A stretch of DNA of 64,000 nucleotides. Origin: an uncultured Thiothrix sp. (GTDB lineage Bacteria; Pseudomonadota; Gammaproteobacteria; Poriferisulfidales; GCA-002705445). The DNA is taken from assembly GCA_902624655.1 (NCBI GenBank), contig CACNYJ010000002.1, positions 69,771-133,770 on the forward strand, given 5' to 3'. Every line of letters starts with the position of its first letter. The stretch's first letter is position 1. Both the position numbers and the translations under genes were made by a program. Below, piece by piece: positions 1-10,266 of this stretch. Below the pieces are notes generated by a model. That model saw nothing but the letters and a program-made list of their open reading frames with translations, searched no databases and was not told where the DNA came from.

Positions 1-1765
1 GCAATTCAACCTTCCCCACTTGCTTCATACGTTTTTTACCAAGTTTTTGTTTTTTTAAAAGCTTCATTTTTCTAGTTACGTCTCCACCATATAACTTTGC
101 GGTTACGTCCTTTCTAAAAGCTTTTGTTGTTGCTCTTGATATAATCTGTGAGCCAATAGCTGCTTGAATAGCAATATCAAAATTTTGTCTTGGTATTACA
201 TCTTTCATGCCATTAACCAATTTTCTCCCAATACTTTGAGACCTAGATTTGTGTACAATTAATGATAAAGCGTCAACCTTTTCCCCATTTATCAATATGT
301 CTAGTTTTTGAAGTTCAGATTTTTCAAATGAATGAACATAGTAATCAAAGGAAGCATATCCCTTTGTACAAGATTTTAATTTATCAAAAAAATCTAGAAC
401 AATTTCATTTAGAGGCATATAGTATTCAATTAAAGCCTGGTTTCCGATATAAGATATTTTAATTTGCCTACCTCTTTTTTGCTCACACAAAGTTATAACG
501 TTACCAATAAATTCGTTTGGAACTAGCATTGATGAGCATATTATAGGTTCGTGAATCTCTTCAATTGACGACATATCGGGTAATGCACTTGGATTATCGA
601 CTTCAATAAAATTTCCATTCTTTTGTAGAACCTTATAAATAACTGTTGGAGAAGTAGATATTAAATTTAATTTATACTCTCTTTCAAGCCTCTCTTGAAT
701 AATCTCCATATGAAGCATACCTAGAAAGCCACATCTAAAACCATGTCCAAGAGCTTTTGAGGTTTCTGGTTCGTAATCAAAAGAGGAGTCATTTAATTCT
801 AATTTCTCTAACGCATCTCGAAAATCTTTATAATCATCACTATTAATAGGAAACAATCCGGCGAATACCTTGGGTTGTATTTCTTTGAACCCCTCAAGAG
901 CATTACTTTCCTGATCATCATGCTCTAAAACAGTATCGCCAACTTTTGCTGAAGCAATATCTTTTACACCAGCAACTAAGTAACCAACTTCTCCCTCATT
1001 GATAGTTTTTAATTTGTTGACCTTTGGAGAATAACATCCCAATTCTTCAACTTGATAGGTTACCCCGGTTGAGAAAAGTTTTATTTTTTGCTTAAGTGAT
1101 AATGATCCATTAATAACTCTAACTAGTGAAACTATACCTAAATAATTATCGAACCAAGAATCTATGATAAGTGCCTTTAGTTTATTACTGTTTTTCTTTT
1201 TTGGTGCTGGTATTTTCTCAATAATTAATTCGAGTAAATCTTCAACTCCTTTTCCTGTTTTTGCACTTACCTCAATAGAGTCATCTGTCTCTATTCCAAT
1301 AATTTCTGAAATTTGTTTTTTTACTTGCTCTGGATTTGCAGAATTTAAATCTATTTTATTTAGTACTGGAAGAATTTCTAAATTGAGTTCAACTGCTTTG
1401 TAGCAATTTGCAACACTTTGTGCCTCCACGCCTTGCGATGCATCTACAACTAGCAATGCGCCCTCGCATGCTGCTAATGACCTTGAAACCTCATAAGAGA
1501 AGTCTACATGCCCAGGTGTATCAATAATATTTAATTGATAGGTCTTTCCATTTTTTGACTTGTAGTTAAGTCTGACGCTTTGCGCCTTTATAGTTATCCC
1601 TCGCTCTTTTTCCAAATCCATTGAATCAAGGATCTGAGTACTCATTTCCCTATCTGATAAGCCTCCGCATATTTGAATAAAGCGGTCAGCTAATGTAGAT
1701 TTTCCATGATCAATATGCGCTATAATTGAAAAATTTCTAATTAAATCATTATTCGATTCAGACAT
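1..1765 (-). CDS. lepA: Elongation factor 4 (LepA), C-terminal end cut by the window edge (about 10 codons missing)
   Basis: Minus-strand ATG at 1765..1763 translates to [31 protein letters not shown]...[18 protein letters not shown], the LepA GTPase N-terminus. The window start encodes the conserved LepA tail ([17 protein letters not shown]). It is absent from the ORF track because it runs off the edge. Confidence 0.9.
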   Translation of the reverse strand, partial: MSESNNDLIRNFSIIAHIDHGKSTLADRFIQICGGLSDREMSTQILDSMDLEKERGITIKAQSVRLNYKSKNGKTYQLNIIDTPGHVDFSYEVSRSLAACEGALLVVDASQGVEAQSVANCYKAVELNLEILPVLNKIDLNSANPEQVKKQISEIIGIETDDSIEVSAKTGKGVEDLLELIIEKIPAPKKKNSNKLKALIIDSWFDNYLGIVSLVRVINGSLSLKQKIKLFSTGVTYQVEELGCYSPKVNKLKTINEGEVGYLVAGVKDIASAKVGDTVLEHDDQESNALEGFKEIQPKVFAGLFPINSDDYKDFRDALEKLELNDSSFDYEPETSKALGHGFRCGFLGMLHMEIIQERLEREYKLNLISTSPTVIYKVLQKNGNFIEVDNPSALPDMSSIEEIHEPIICSSMLVPNEFIGNVITLCEQKRGRQIKISYIGNQALIEYYMPLNEIVLDFFDKLKSCTKGYASFDYYVHSFEKSELQKLDILINGEKVDALSLIVHKSRSQSIGRKLVNGMKDVIPRQNFDIAIQAAIGSQIISRATTKAFRKDVTAKLYGGDVTRKMKLLKKQKLGKKRMKQVGKVEL

Positions 1766-1772
1766 TACAGTT

Positions 1773-3197
1773 TTACTCAATCTTAATCGCTAAATAGATA
1801 GAGCTACCCTGAGATCTTCTTACTAATAGAGGTGCAAAGTCTCCTTTTTTCATTTTTTTTAAAAGTTTACTGAAATGCTCAATACTTTTAATATCCGTTC
1901 CAGATATCTGATAAATTATGTCATTCTTTAGAAGACCGGCTTCGGATGCAGGATTACTTGTAATTTCTATTACTTTTATTCCATATAGACCATCTTTGCC
2001 AAAATCTTTTTTCTCTTTTTCGCTTAAATTGGATATTTTCATTCCCAATACTTTTTTAGTTTTTGGTTCACTCTGCTTATTTATCTTTCTTGAAACCTGT
2101 TGTGCAGGGAGTTCCATGACTTTAAACCTTATTGTTTTTTTCACTCCCTTTCTCAAGATTTCTAATTTGACATTTTTTCCTATTCTTGTGTTGCCGACAA
2201 TTGGTGGAAGCGAAGATGAGGATTTAATTTTCTTTCCATCAAAGGTCAAAATGATGTCGCCGACTTTTAAATCTGCTTTGGAAGCTGGACCATCTGGAAT
2301 AATTTTAGAAATTAATGCTCCAGAAGGTTTTTTCATACCAAAAGACTTAGCTAAATTATTTGTAACTTCTTGAATATAAACACCAAGCCATCCTCTTGAA
2401 ACTTTACCACTTTTCTTTAATTGTGTTACTACATTATTTGCAACATCCATTGGAATAGCAAAGGAAAGCCCCATAAAACCTCCTGACCTACTAAATATTT
2501 GTGCATTTATTCCAACTACTTCTCCACTCAAATTAAAAAGTGGTCCTCCAGAATTTCCTGGATTTATGGCAACGTCTGTTTGAATAAACGGAACATAATT
2601 ATCATTTGGAAGACTTCTACCTATTGCGCTAACAATTCCAGCTGTCACTGTACTTTCAAAACCAAAAGGAGAGCCTATAGCAAGAACCCATTGGCCTACT
2701 TTTAACTTCTGAGAATCACCAACTTTTACTGGTTTTAAATTTCTAGCTTTGATTTTTAATAATGCAATATCACTTGAGGGGTCCGAGCCAATAAGTTCAG
2801 CATCAAGTTCTCTTTTATCATTTAGCTTAACAATAATTTGAGAGGCGTCAGCTATAACATGATGATTCGTAATTATATAACCATCAGACGAGTAAATAAA
2901 ACCTGAGCCCATTGATTGTGATCTTCGAGGTGGTCTTTTATCTGGGTTATTAAAACCTTTGTCTCCAAAAAATTTTTTTAAAAATTCATTAAGCTCATCA
3001 TTAGGGGCTTGAGGGGCTGATCCTTGATTTTTCTTACTAGCACTTTTTCTTACAGTGCTTATATTAACAATACTTGATTTATTATCTTCAACTAACTTTG
3101 TAAAGTCTGGTAAATTATAATCACTTGCATATATTTGAAATATAAATATAAAAGCAGTAGCAAGAGATAAGGTTAAATTTTTAATAATAATTTTCAT
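1773..3197 (-). CDS. degP: Periplasmic serine endoprotease of the DegP/HtrA/MucD family, with an N-terminal signal peptide
   Basis: 474 aa with a hydrophobic N-terminus, a trypsin-like catalytic region (ITNHHVI, GNSGGPL) and PDZ-like C-terminal repeats. It lies directly upstream of lepA, as in the mucD-lepA arrangement of pseudomonads. Confidence 0.85.
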   Translation of the reverse strand: MKIIIKNLTLSLATAFIFIFQIYASDYNLPDFTKLVEDNKSSIVNISTVRKSASKKNQGSAPQAPNDELNEFLKKFFGDKGFNNPDKRPPRRSQSMGSGFIYSSDGYIITNHHVIADASQIIVKLNDKRELDAELIGSDPSSDIALLKIKARNLKPVKVGDSQKLKVGQWVLAIGSPFGFESTVTAGIVSAIGRSLPNDNYVPFIQTDVAINPGNSGGPLFNLSGEVVGINAQIFSRSGGFMGLSFAIPMDVANNVVTQLKKSGKVSRGWLGVYIQEVTNNLAKSFGMKKPSGALISKIIPDGPASKADLKVGDIILTFDGKKIKSSSSLPPIVGNTRIGKNVKLEILRKGVKKTIRFKVMELPAQQVSRKINKQSEPKTKKVLGMKISNLSEKEKKDFGKDGLYGIKVIEITSNPASEAGLLKNDIIYQISGTDIKSIEHFSKLLKKMKKGDFAPLLVRRSQGSSIYLAIKIE

Positions 3198-3355
3198 ATT
3201 TGCCTTAGTTTTAAATATATATTAGATTATACTTATTCTATCACAAAGGTTACACAAAAATTTTAAAACAAGTTGAAAAATGTAGAGATTTTGATGTCCT
3301 AATAATTGGAAGCGGGGCTGCAGGCAACAGCTTAGCACTTCAGCTTCAGAATACC

Positions 3356-4906
3356 TTGTCCATAGGTTTAATTTCCAAAACACAGCTACATGAAGGAAGC
3401 ACATATTATGCACAAGGCGGTATATCTGCAGTGCTCAGTAAGATTGATTCAATTGATCAGCATGTTGAAGATACAATGGAGGCAGGTGCGGGTCTTTGTA
3501 AAGAAGATATTGTCCAAGCAGTTGCGGAAGATTCAAAAGAGATAATACAGTGGCTTCTTGACCAAGGTGTTGAATTCACCAAAAATGATAAAAGTCCTGA
3601 GGGAAAACTTCATTTAACAAAAGAAGGCGGTCACACGCATCCAAGAATTGTTCATGCGGCAGATAAGACTGGGGAAGCAATTCAAGATAGTTTAATTGAC
3701 AAACTCAAAAAAAGAAAAAATATTGAAATTTTTACTCATCACGTGGCAGTTGACTTGATAACACATTCTCAAGAAAAATCATCAGTTAAAAAATGTATTG
3801 GAGCATTTATTTTAAATACAAAAAATAATATAGTGGATACATTTCGAGCTAAATATGTAGTTATTGCAACTGGCGGAGCTAATAAAGTTTATTTATACAC
3901 CAGTAATCCAGATACCTCATCTGGAGACGGAATTGCAATGGCATTCAGAGCTGGTTGTGATATCGCAAATATGGAATTTATGCAGTTTCATCCAACCTGC
4001 CTATATCATAGAGATGCAAAATCTTTTTTGATTAGTGAATCATTAAGAGGAGAAGGTGGTAAATTAGTATTACCAAATGGTAAAGAATTTATGCATAAGT
4101 ATGATTCTCGAGGGGTTCTTGCTCCTAGAGATATTGTTGCTAGGGCAATAGACAGTGAGATGAAAATTCAAGGACTCGATTTTGTGATGCTTGATATTTC
4201 CCATAAAAAACCATCTTTTGTCAAAAAAAGATTTCCAAATATTTATAAAAAATGTCTAGAGTTTAATATTGATATAACAAAAGAGGGTATTCCTGTTGTT
4301 CCTGCTACGCATTATACTTGTGGAGGTATAAATATAGATATAAATGCAAGAACAAATATAAAAAATCTCTATGCAATCGGAGAAGTCGCTCATTCTGGAC
4401 TTCATGGAGCAAATAGAATGGCAAGTAATTCACTTCTAGAATGCATATTTTTTTCCAAAAAAGTACAGGAGGACATTGTCAGACAAGAAAAATTTAATTC
4501 TTCTAACAACCTTATAAATTATAATTTTAATTTTGCCAGGACTATTAGCAGGGATTCATCTGAAACAATATTAATAAAAAACTTATGGAAAGAGATTAGA
4601 ACTCTCATGTGGGATTATGTTGGAATTGTAAGAACAAATGAGAGATTGCTTAAAGCAAAAATTAGAACTTCGATTTACAAGAAAGAAATAGAAGATTTAT
4701 TTAAAAAATATATTATCTCTAGTGACTTAATCGAGTTAAGAAATCTCATATATATTGCAGAAATTATTATTACATCGGCCTTAATAAGAAAAGAAAGCAG
4801 AGGGCTACATTATAATCTTGATTATCCTAAAACGAAGAACGAGCCAGAAGATACTGTAATAAATAAGAATAAAAAAAGTAAAATTAAATTATATCAAGAA
4901 AAATAG
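3356..4906 (+). CDS. nadB: L-aspartate oxidase (NadB); the true start is upstream of the listed TTG (see findings)
   Basis: 516 aa ORF with YAQGGISAV and the fumarate-reductase/succinate-dehydrogenase flavoprotein fold. The FAD-binding motif DVLIIGSGAAG is encoded in frame at 3293..3328, upstream of the first ATG/GTG/TTG. Confidence 0.85.
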   Translation: MSIGLISKTQLHEGSTYYAQGGISAVLSKIDSIDQHVEDTMEAGAGLCKEDIVQAVAEDSKEIIQWLLDQGVEFTKNDKSPEGKLHLTKEGGHTHPRIVHAADKTGEAIQDSLIDKLKKRKNIEIFTHHVAVDLITHSQEKSSVKKCIGAFILNTKNNIVDTFRAKYVVIATGGANKVYLYTSNPDTSSGDGIAMAFRAGCDIANMEFMQFHPTCLYHRDAKSFLISESLRGEGGKLVLPNGKEFMHKYDSRGVLAPRDIVARAIDSEMKIQGLDFVMLDISHKKPSFVKKRFPNIYKKCLEFNIDITKEGIPVVPATHYTCGGINIDINARTNIKNLYAIGEVAHSGLHGANRMASNSLLECIFFSKKVQEDIVRQEKFNSSNNLINYNFNFARTISRDSSETILIKNLWKEIRTLMWDYVGIVRTNERLLKAKIRTSIYKKEIEDLFKKYIISSDLIELRNLIYIAEIIITSALIRKESRGLHYNLDYPKTKNEPEDTVINKNKKSKIKLYQEK

Positions 4907-5429
4907 ATTTTCTGTAATACTTTAGTTCTTCAATAGAATCCTTTATATCTTCGATAGCTATATGCTGAGGATCTTTCTTGAACTTTTTATCTGGGTACCA
5001 TCTGTTTACTAATTCTTTGATAGTACTGACATCAAGATTTCTGTAATGAAAGTAGTCCTCTAGTTCCGGCATACATCTTGCCAAAAAACGCCTATCTTGG
5101 CATATTCCGCTTCCGCACATAGGCGATTTTTTTTTATCAATATATTTTGATAGAAATTCAATAGTCATCTCTTGAGCATCATGGTAATTGTAAGTACTTT
5201 GTTTAATCCTTTCTACCAGACCAGACTTATTGTGTTGATTTGTATTCCACTCGTCCATCGCTTCAATATCTTCAAGAGGAGTATTTATTGCTATCACAGG
5301 GCCTTCCTCTAGAATATTGAGATCCTTATCAGTAGCAATAGTTGCAATCTCTATTATTCTATCTTTGAATGTGTCAAGGCCAGTCATCTCAAGGTCTATC
5401 CATATCAAGTTTTGTGCATTTTTACTCAT
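4884..5429 (-). CDS. orn: Oligoribonuclease
   Basis: 181 aa beginning MSKNAQNLIWIDLEMTGLD, the DEDDh exonuclease motif of Orn. Its 3' end overlaps the nadB 3' end convergently by 23 nt. Confidence 0.9.
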   Translation of the reverse strand: MSKNAQNLIWIDLEMTGLDTFKDRIIEIATIATDKDLNILEEGPVIAINTPLEDIEAMDEWNTNQHNKSGLVERIKQSTYNYHDAQEMTIEFLSKYIDKKKSPMCGSGICQDRRFLARCMPELEDYFHYRNLDVSTIKELVNRWYPDKKFKKDPQHIAIEDIKDSIEELKYYRKSIFLDII

Positions 5430-5470
5430 AGTTAATATTATATTACAAGATAGTGATTTAAGTTTAGATA

Positions 5471-6070
5471 TTAATAAAGGGTTCTCTTTTCAAAAGCTTT
5501 TGATAGTGTACGTTGATCAAGATATTCCAATTCTCCTCCCATCGGCACTCCTTGTGCTAGTCGAGTTACCTTAACTGAATTCTTTATAGCTATATCACTA
5601 ATAACGTGTGCAGTAACGTCACTTTCTACTGTATTATTAACAGCAAGTATTAATTCTTTAACAGCCCCTGAAGAAATTTTATCTTTCAATAAATCAATGC
5701 CAATTTCGTTTGGCCCTATCCCGTCAAGCGGCGACAATCGACCTAGAAGGACAAAGTACTTTCCATTGTAGCTTGTACTATTTTCAATATTCATGACGTC
5801 TGCCGGACTTTCAACAACGCAAAGTAAAGCTTCACTTCTTGAGAGATCTGAGCATAGTTCACAAATCTCATCTTGAGATAAATTTCTACAAGATTTACAG
5901 TTAAGTGTTTTGTTTACAGCTTCTCTTAAAACTTCTGACAAATTAAGCGCTTCATCTTTTGCTCTTTGAAGTAAAAAATAAGTCATTCTTTGTGCAGTTT
6001 TCTTGCCTACGCCTGGCAGACAAGTTAAAGCATTTATTAAATCTTCAATAAGAGTTTTATTTTTAGACAT
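5471..6070 (-). CDS. recR: Recombination protein RecR (start placed at the internal MSKNK; the ORF track extends to 6145)
   Basis: CLPGVGKKTAQRM helix-hairpin-helix, a C4 zinc finger (CKSCRNLSQDEICELC) and a Toprim region. It sits in the conserved dnaX-ybaB-recR order. Confidence 0.9.
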   Translation of the reverse strand: MSKNKTLIEDLINALTCLPGVGKKTAQRMTYFLLQRAKDEALNLSEVLREAVNKTLNCKSCRNLSQDEICELCSDLSRSEALLCVVESPADVMNIENSTSYNGKYFVLLGRLSPLDGIGPNEIGIDLLKDKISSGAVKELILAVNNTVESDVTAHVISDIAIKNSVKVTRLAQGVPMGGELEYLDQRTLSKAFEKRTLY

Positions 6071-6074
6071 AAAT

Positions 6075-6407
6075 TTAAAAAGGGAGATCTGTTGGTATAC
6101 CCTGTTTTGATAAAGTTGATAATTTATCTGATGACATCTTGTCAACTTCTTTTACTCCTTTATTCAAAATTTCTTTTAACATAATTTCTAGCTTTTCTTT
6201 ATTATCAATATCTATGTTGTTGGAAAAATTTATTTTCTGAATAAAGTGATCTCCGTTAAAAACTACAGTAATACTTTTGTCATCGTTTGTAACAGTAATA
6301 TTTGTTTTTGAGATCTCTTTTTTAAGCTTTTTCATATCTTTTTTCATTTTTTGGGCTTGTTTCATTAAACCCATCATATCACCCATACCTCCAGGACCTT
6401 TAAACAT
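6075..6407 (-). CDS. ybaB: Nucleoid-associated protein YbaB/EbfC
   Basis: 110 aa, MFKGPGGMGDMMGLMKQAQKMKKDM, characteristic of YbaB. It lies between dnaX and recR. Confidence 0.9.
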   Translation of the reverse strand: MFKGPGGMGDMMGLMKQAQKMKKDMKKLKKEISKTNITVTNDDKSITVVFNGDHFIQKINFSNNIDIDNKEKLEIMLKEILNKGVKEVDKMSSDKLSTLSKQGIPTDLPF

Positions 6408-6409
6408 AA

Positions 6410-8017
6410 TTAATCTCCTTTTGATTTTTCATTTATTTTTATTGAGTTATCAATAATTTTTGCTTCAAATTTATCTTTGATTGTCTTAACAAAGACATCA
6501 TTATCAATTTCTTTTTCAGCTAATTTGATCCTATCATTATAGTTTGATTCTTGTGTTTTATGAATAGTATTTAAATTGTTATCAGAAATATTAAGTTTTA
6601 CAAAAATCTCTTGGCCAAAGAAGTTCGATAAGGCCTCTTGTAGCTTTGTTATTGATTTTTCTGTAGCAACATTTTTTAAATTCTCATTAATTAAAAAATT
6701 GTAATTATTATCTTTACAATTGTCGAAAATAATATTTCTAGCTAGATTCCTTGTTATGGAATCTATTTCAAGCCTAGAAACAATTGTGTCCCATTTTGAT
6801 TTTATATCAACTTGTTTTTGAATTTCTGAATGTGTTTCTTTTACCGGTTCAATTTTTTTTTTTGACTCTGAATTATTTTTCATCTCTGGTAATTCTGATT
6901 TTGTATGATTGTCTTGTATTTCTCTAGAGTTAAATTGGAAAGGAGTAAATAACATCATTCTAATTATGGTCATTTCAAATCCACTTTTATAATCAGGAGC
7001 ATAATCTAAATCCTTCAAGTTTGATGTACAAATTTGATAAAGTGTTTGTATATTCTCCTCGTTAAATTTGTTAGAAAAAGCTAATATGCTCTTTTCATAA
7101 GTACAATCTTTTATTATATTTGTGACTTTATAGATCGCGGTCTGGTGTAAAATTGAGATAATCTCTTCTAGTAAGTGTTTAAAGTCAGTAGATTCATAAT
7201 AAATTTTATCGATAAAAATCATCAAAGATTTAATATTATCTTTTACAATCATTTCACATATATTATTAATATTATCGGCTGGTGTGAGGCATAATATTTT
7301 ACATACATTGTCATAGGTAATCTTATTATCACCATGAGAAATACTTTGCTCTGTTAAACTTAAAGCATCTCTCATGCTGCCGTCAGCAAGTCTTGAAATA
7401 TTCTCTATGGCTTTTTTTTCAAATATGACATTTTCATCTAATAATATTTTAGTAAGTTGCTCGCCTATTATATTTGCAGTAATTCTGTTAAGTCCAAAAT
7501 GTAAGCACCTTGAAAGAATAGTGGTCGGAATTTTTTGATAATCAGTAGTCGCAAGAATAAATTTTACATGACTAGGAGGTTCTTCGAGAGTTTTTAATAG
7601 CGCATTAAAGCTATGTGTAGATAGCATATGAACTTCGTCAATTAGGTATATCTTAAACCTTCCTTGAGTTGGCATATATTGAACGTTTTCTAAAAGCTCT
7701 CTAGTGTCTTCGACTTTTGTTCTTGAAGCCGCATCAATTTCATATAAATCGACAAATTGTCCAAGATCAATTGATTCACAGCTAATACAGTCACCACAAG
7801 GAGCTGAGCTAACTCCATTTGTTTCACAATTAAAACATTTGGCAAGTATTCTTGCTAAAGTTGTCTTGCCAACGCCCCTTGTTCCTGTTAGTAAATATGA
7901 ATGGTGAATTCTATTGTTGTCTAAGCTATTGGCTAAAGCCTTTACGATTGGCTCTTGGCCTACTAAGTCAGAAAAGGACTTTGGTCTCCATTTTGTAGCT
8001 AAAACGGTGTCTTTCAT
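6410..8017 (-). CDS. dnaX: DNA polymerase III subunit tau/gamma
   Basis: 535 aa with an AAA+ clamp-loader N-terminus (LLTGTRGVGKTTLARILAK) and a Cys4 zinc module. It contains an internal A11 run (see findings). Confidence 0.9.
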   Translation of the reverse strand: MKDTVLATKWRPKSFSDLVGQEPIVKALANSLDNNRIHHSYLLTGTRGVGKTTLARILAKCFNCETNGVSSAPCGDCISCESIDLGQFVDLYEIDAASRTKVEDTRELLENVQYMPTQGRFKIYLIDEVHMLSTHSFNALLKTLEEPPSHVKFILATTDYQKIPTTILSRCLHFGLNRITANIIGEQLTKILLDENVIFEKKAIENISRLADGSMRDALSLTEQSISHGDNKITYDNVCKILCLTPADNINNICEMIVKDNIKSLMIFIDKIYYESTDFKHLLEEIISILHQTAIYKVTNIIKDCTYEKSILAFSNKFNEENIQTLYQICTSNLKDLDYAPDYKSGFEMTIIRMMLFTPFQFNSREIQDNHTKSELPEMKNNSESKKKIEPVKETHSEIQKQVDIKSKWDTIVSRLEIDSITRNLARNIIFDNCKDNNYNFLINENLKNVATEKSITKLQEALSNFFGQEIFVKLNISDNNLNTIHKTQESNYNDRIKLAEKEIDNDVFVKTIKDKFEAKIIDNSIKINEKSKGD

Positions 8018-8059
8018 AATTAAATTTATGCTATCACAAATATGATACTAATCATTCTC

Positions 8060-8980
8060 TTATTTAAACATAAAAACAATTATCACAGGAACATATATTA
8101 AGCCAAATATAGTTGAGAAAAGAACCGCTGAGGATACTTTTTCTGGATGAACATCAAGTGCTGTTGCAAAAATAACGGTATTAGCTGCGATTGGAACAAT
8201 AGATAAAAGCATAAAAGCTCTATATACCTCTATGGTATATATATGGAAAATATAGAAATCTAAGAGGACTAAAATTAACATAACAATAGGCCATATAATG
8301 AATTTCCCTAAAAAAGATAAAAAAATAAAATTATAGTCAAATGAAAAGTTTTTAATTTTCGAAATACCAAATCCTATTAACATCATTCCTAAAACTACGT
8401 ACGCGCCTTGCATACTTACTACAAAGTTATCCATAATATTTGGTAGCTTTATATCATAATTTAGAAAGACCACTGCAAAAAGAAAAGCATATAATGCTGG
8501 AAGTTTTTTTAACCTATTTAAAGAGTCTTTTACGCTATATCTTCCCCTAGCTGTTAAATAGTAAACAACTGTATTTTCAAATAATGTTACACCAACAGTA
8601 CCAAGAATATAAACTCCAAAAATTTTCTGATCAAATAGAAGCAATGCTATAGGTATTCCAAAATATCCGGTGTTACCCTCTGCCGACACTATAGAAAGCA
8701 TATTTGCTCTTGCATCTCCATACTTATACATTCCGTAGGTATAAAATAAAAAAGCAACAAAAGAACAAATTAGGAAAGCGATAATAGGTAAAATAAACGT
8801 ACTTAGTGATAAACTTGAATGTGTTATGGCTTCAAAAATGACAAATGGAGCAATTATAAAAATTATCAATTTGCCAATACCTTTTGCGTCAATTTCTAAG
8901 TATTTGCCTGAGATAAATCCTATTAAAACAAAAATGTACAATGGCAAAATTTTATAAAGTATTGAAAAAAATATATCCAT
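8060..8980 (-). CDS. Membrane transport protein of the AEC (auxin efflux carrier / Mem_trans) family
   Basis: 306 aa and polytopic. The N-terminus MDIFFSILYKILPLYIFVLIGFISGKYL is typical of the AEC family. Confidence 0.5.
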   Translation of the reverse strand: MDIFFSILYKILPLYIFVLIGFISGKYLEIDAKGIGKLIIFIIAPFVIFEAITHSSLSLSTFILPIIAFLICSFVAFLFYTYGMYKYGDARANMLSIVSAEGNTGYFGIPIALLLFDQKIFGVYILGTVGVTLFENTVVYYLTARGRYSVKDSLNRLKKLPALYAFLFAVVFLNYDIKLPNIMDNFVVSMQGAYVVLGMMLIGFGISKIKNFSFDYNFIFLSFLGKFIIWPIVMLILVLLDFYIFHIYTIEVYRAFMLLSIVPIAANTVIFATALDVHPEKVSSAVLFSTIFGLIYVPVIIVFMFK

Positions 8981-8992
8981 GAATATTCTAAG

Positions 8993-9499
8993 TTATTGCT
9001 TTCTGTCAGAAGTATTATTTATAAAATTTAAAAATACATCTGTAACAGCATATGGACTTTTATAATTTTTTGTAAATAAGCTCTTAAGATCTTTTGCAAG
9101 TAATTTTGGCTCATCTACAACATTATCGTGGACAATTATGCCTTTATTTGTTTCCATAAAAGAAAAGCCAGCATAGTGATTTAATCCTTCTACTTTAAAA
9201 ATATAGTTTTTAACACCAACATATAAAATATAGACTTTGAAATCTAAAACTCTAGAGCTTGACTCTATTTGATCACCTCTAGTTCTTATGTTTTTTATTT
9301 TCAAAGCTTTAAGACGCTTCTTGGCTTCAATGCTATCAATATTATGATCTGTCAAAATACCTACAATTGAGCTTATAAATGGCACCAAAAAGTCCACAGC
9401 CTGTTTTGCTAAACTATTTCTAATTGATTTTTGAAGTTTTATTTTTTCGTCATCCATAAACTTTACAGTTGAATTATATGTTATTGTAAACTGTAACAA
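8993..9499 (-). CDS. Hypothetical protein (likely start at the internal MDDEKIK); no recognisable family
   Basis: 168 aa ORF with no obvious motifs. It forms a probable operon with the AEC permease below it. Confidence 0.35.
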   Translation of the reverse strand: MLQFTITYNSTVKFMDDEKIKLQKSIRNSLAKQAVDFLVPFISSIVGILTDHNIDSIEAKKRLKALKIKNIRTRGDQIESSSRVLDFKVYILYVGVKNYIFKVEGLNHYAGFSFMETNKGIIVHDNVVDEPKLLAKDLKSLFTKNYKSPYAVTDVFLNFINNTSDRKQ

Positions 9500-9642
9500 C
9501 TTTATAACACCTTTTACTGCTTTTGTATGTTTTTTAGATGCTTATTTTGGTCAAAGTGTTAATTTTATTTATGTGTATATTTTGTTAAAATATTTTTTGA
9601 AATAGAAACAGACATAGATTTATTTTTTATTATCAAAGGGAA

Positions 9643-10065
9643 TTGATTATGAATATACCTAAATTACCTGCACCTTTTGCTACTTTCCTATTGAGAATAC
9701 CTTTGTCCGTAATGTTCCTTCAACAAGGGCTAAGTAAGTTTCCTGTAACCGAAACCTCTGCTGAGTCATTTGGATTGCCTTACATTGTATGGTGGTTTGT
9801 AGCATATGGAGAGGTTGGATCTGCCGTAGGGTTAATTGTTGGTGGAATCTTTGGTATTATGTTTACTAAAGGATTTGTTAGCGAATTAGCGGATCTTCTT
9901 ACTCGATTTAGTGGTATTACAATGACTTGTGTTGTCACAGGCATAATTTGGTTAATGATGCCAAATAATTTAATGGATGTAATTTTAAATGATTACTTAC
10001 ACTTAAGTCTTTATGTCGGTGGCCTATATTTCGCCCTTAGAGGAAACACAAAATACGGTTTTTAA
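9643..10065 (+). CDS. DoxX-family small membrane protein
   Basis: 140 aa with 4 predicted TM segments. The N-terminus FLLRIPLSVMFLQQGLSKF matches the DoxX signature pattern. Confidence 0.45.
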   Translation: MIMNIPKLPAPFATFLLRIPLSVMFLQQGLSKFPVTETSAESFGLPYIVWWFVAYGEVGSAVGLIVGGIFGIMFTKGFVSELADLLTRFSGITMTCVVTGIIWLMMPNNLMDVILNDYLHLSLYVGGLYFALRGNTKYGF

Positions 10066-10126
10066 AGTTATTATTTAATTAATTATTTAATTTTTTTAGA
10101 AAAATTTTTAGATATTTATTATTAAA

Positions 10127-10216
10127 TGGCGGAGAGGGAGGGATTCGAACCCACGGTTGATTTGACTCAACACTACCTTTCCAAGGTAGCACAATAGACC
10201 ACTCTGACACCTCTCC
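10127..10216 (-). tRNA. tRNA-Ser (anticodon GGA), 90 nt with a long variable arm and encoded CCA
   Basis: The minus-strand sequence GGAGAGGTGTCAGAGTGG...CTTGGAAAGG...GGGTTCGAATCCCTCCCTCTCCGCCA has acceptor-stem complementarity, a TTCGAATCC T-loop and an anticodon loop TTGGAAA. Confidence 0.85.
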
Positions 10217-10266
10217 GAAAACTAATAGGAATATTATAATTGGTACAGAAGGTTTTTTAAATTTTT

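Noticed and set aside
1918-2373. Short ORFs in the track that lie inside large, well-supported genes, mostly antisense to them (for example 1918..2373 in degP, 34952..35338 in infB, 37135..37509 in nusA, 56954..57259 in ftsH, 59310..60072 in carB, 48812..49282 in nuoF)
   Set aside because: They overlap confidently identified genes, have low-complexity or Leu/Ser/Phe-rich translations typical of off-frame reading in AT-rich DNA, and lack start contexts. Treated as spurious.
10066-10126. A5T5-type palindromes downstream of the DoxX-like gene considered as a terminator
   Set aside because: AT-only stems with no GC clamp. Not a credible intrinsic terminator.
10127-10216. Possible genomic island integrated at tRNA-Ser(GGA)
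   Set aside because: No integrase, transposase or phage gene, no duplicated tRNA 3' segment and no GC or codon-usage shift in the flanks. The neighbouring genes look like ordinary core or conserved-unknown genes.
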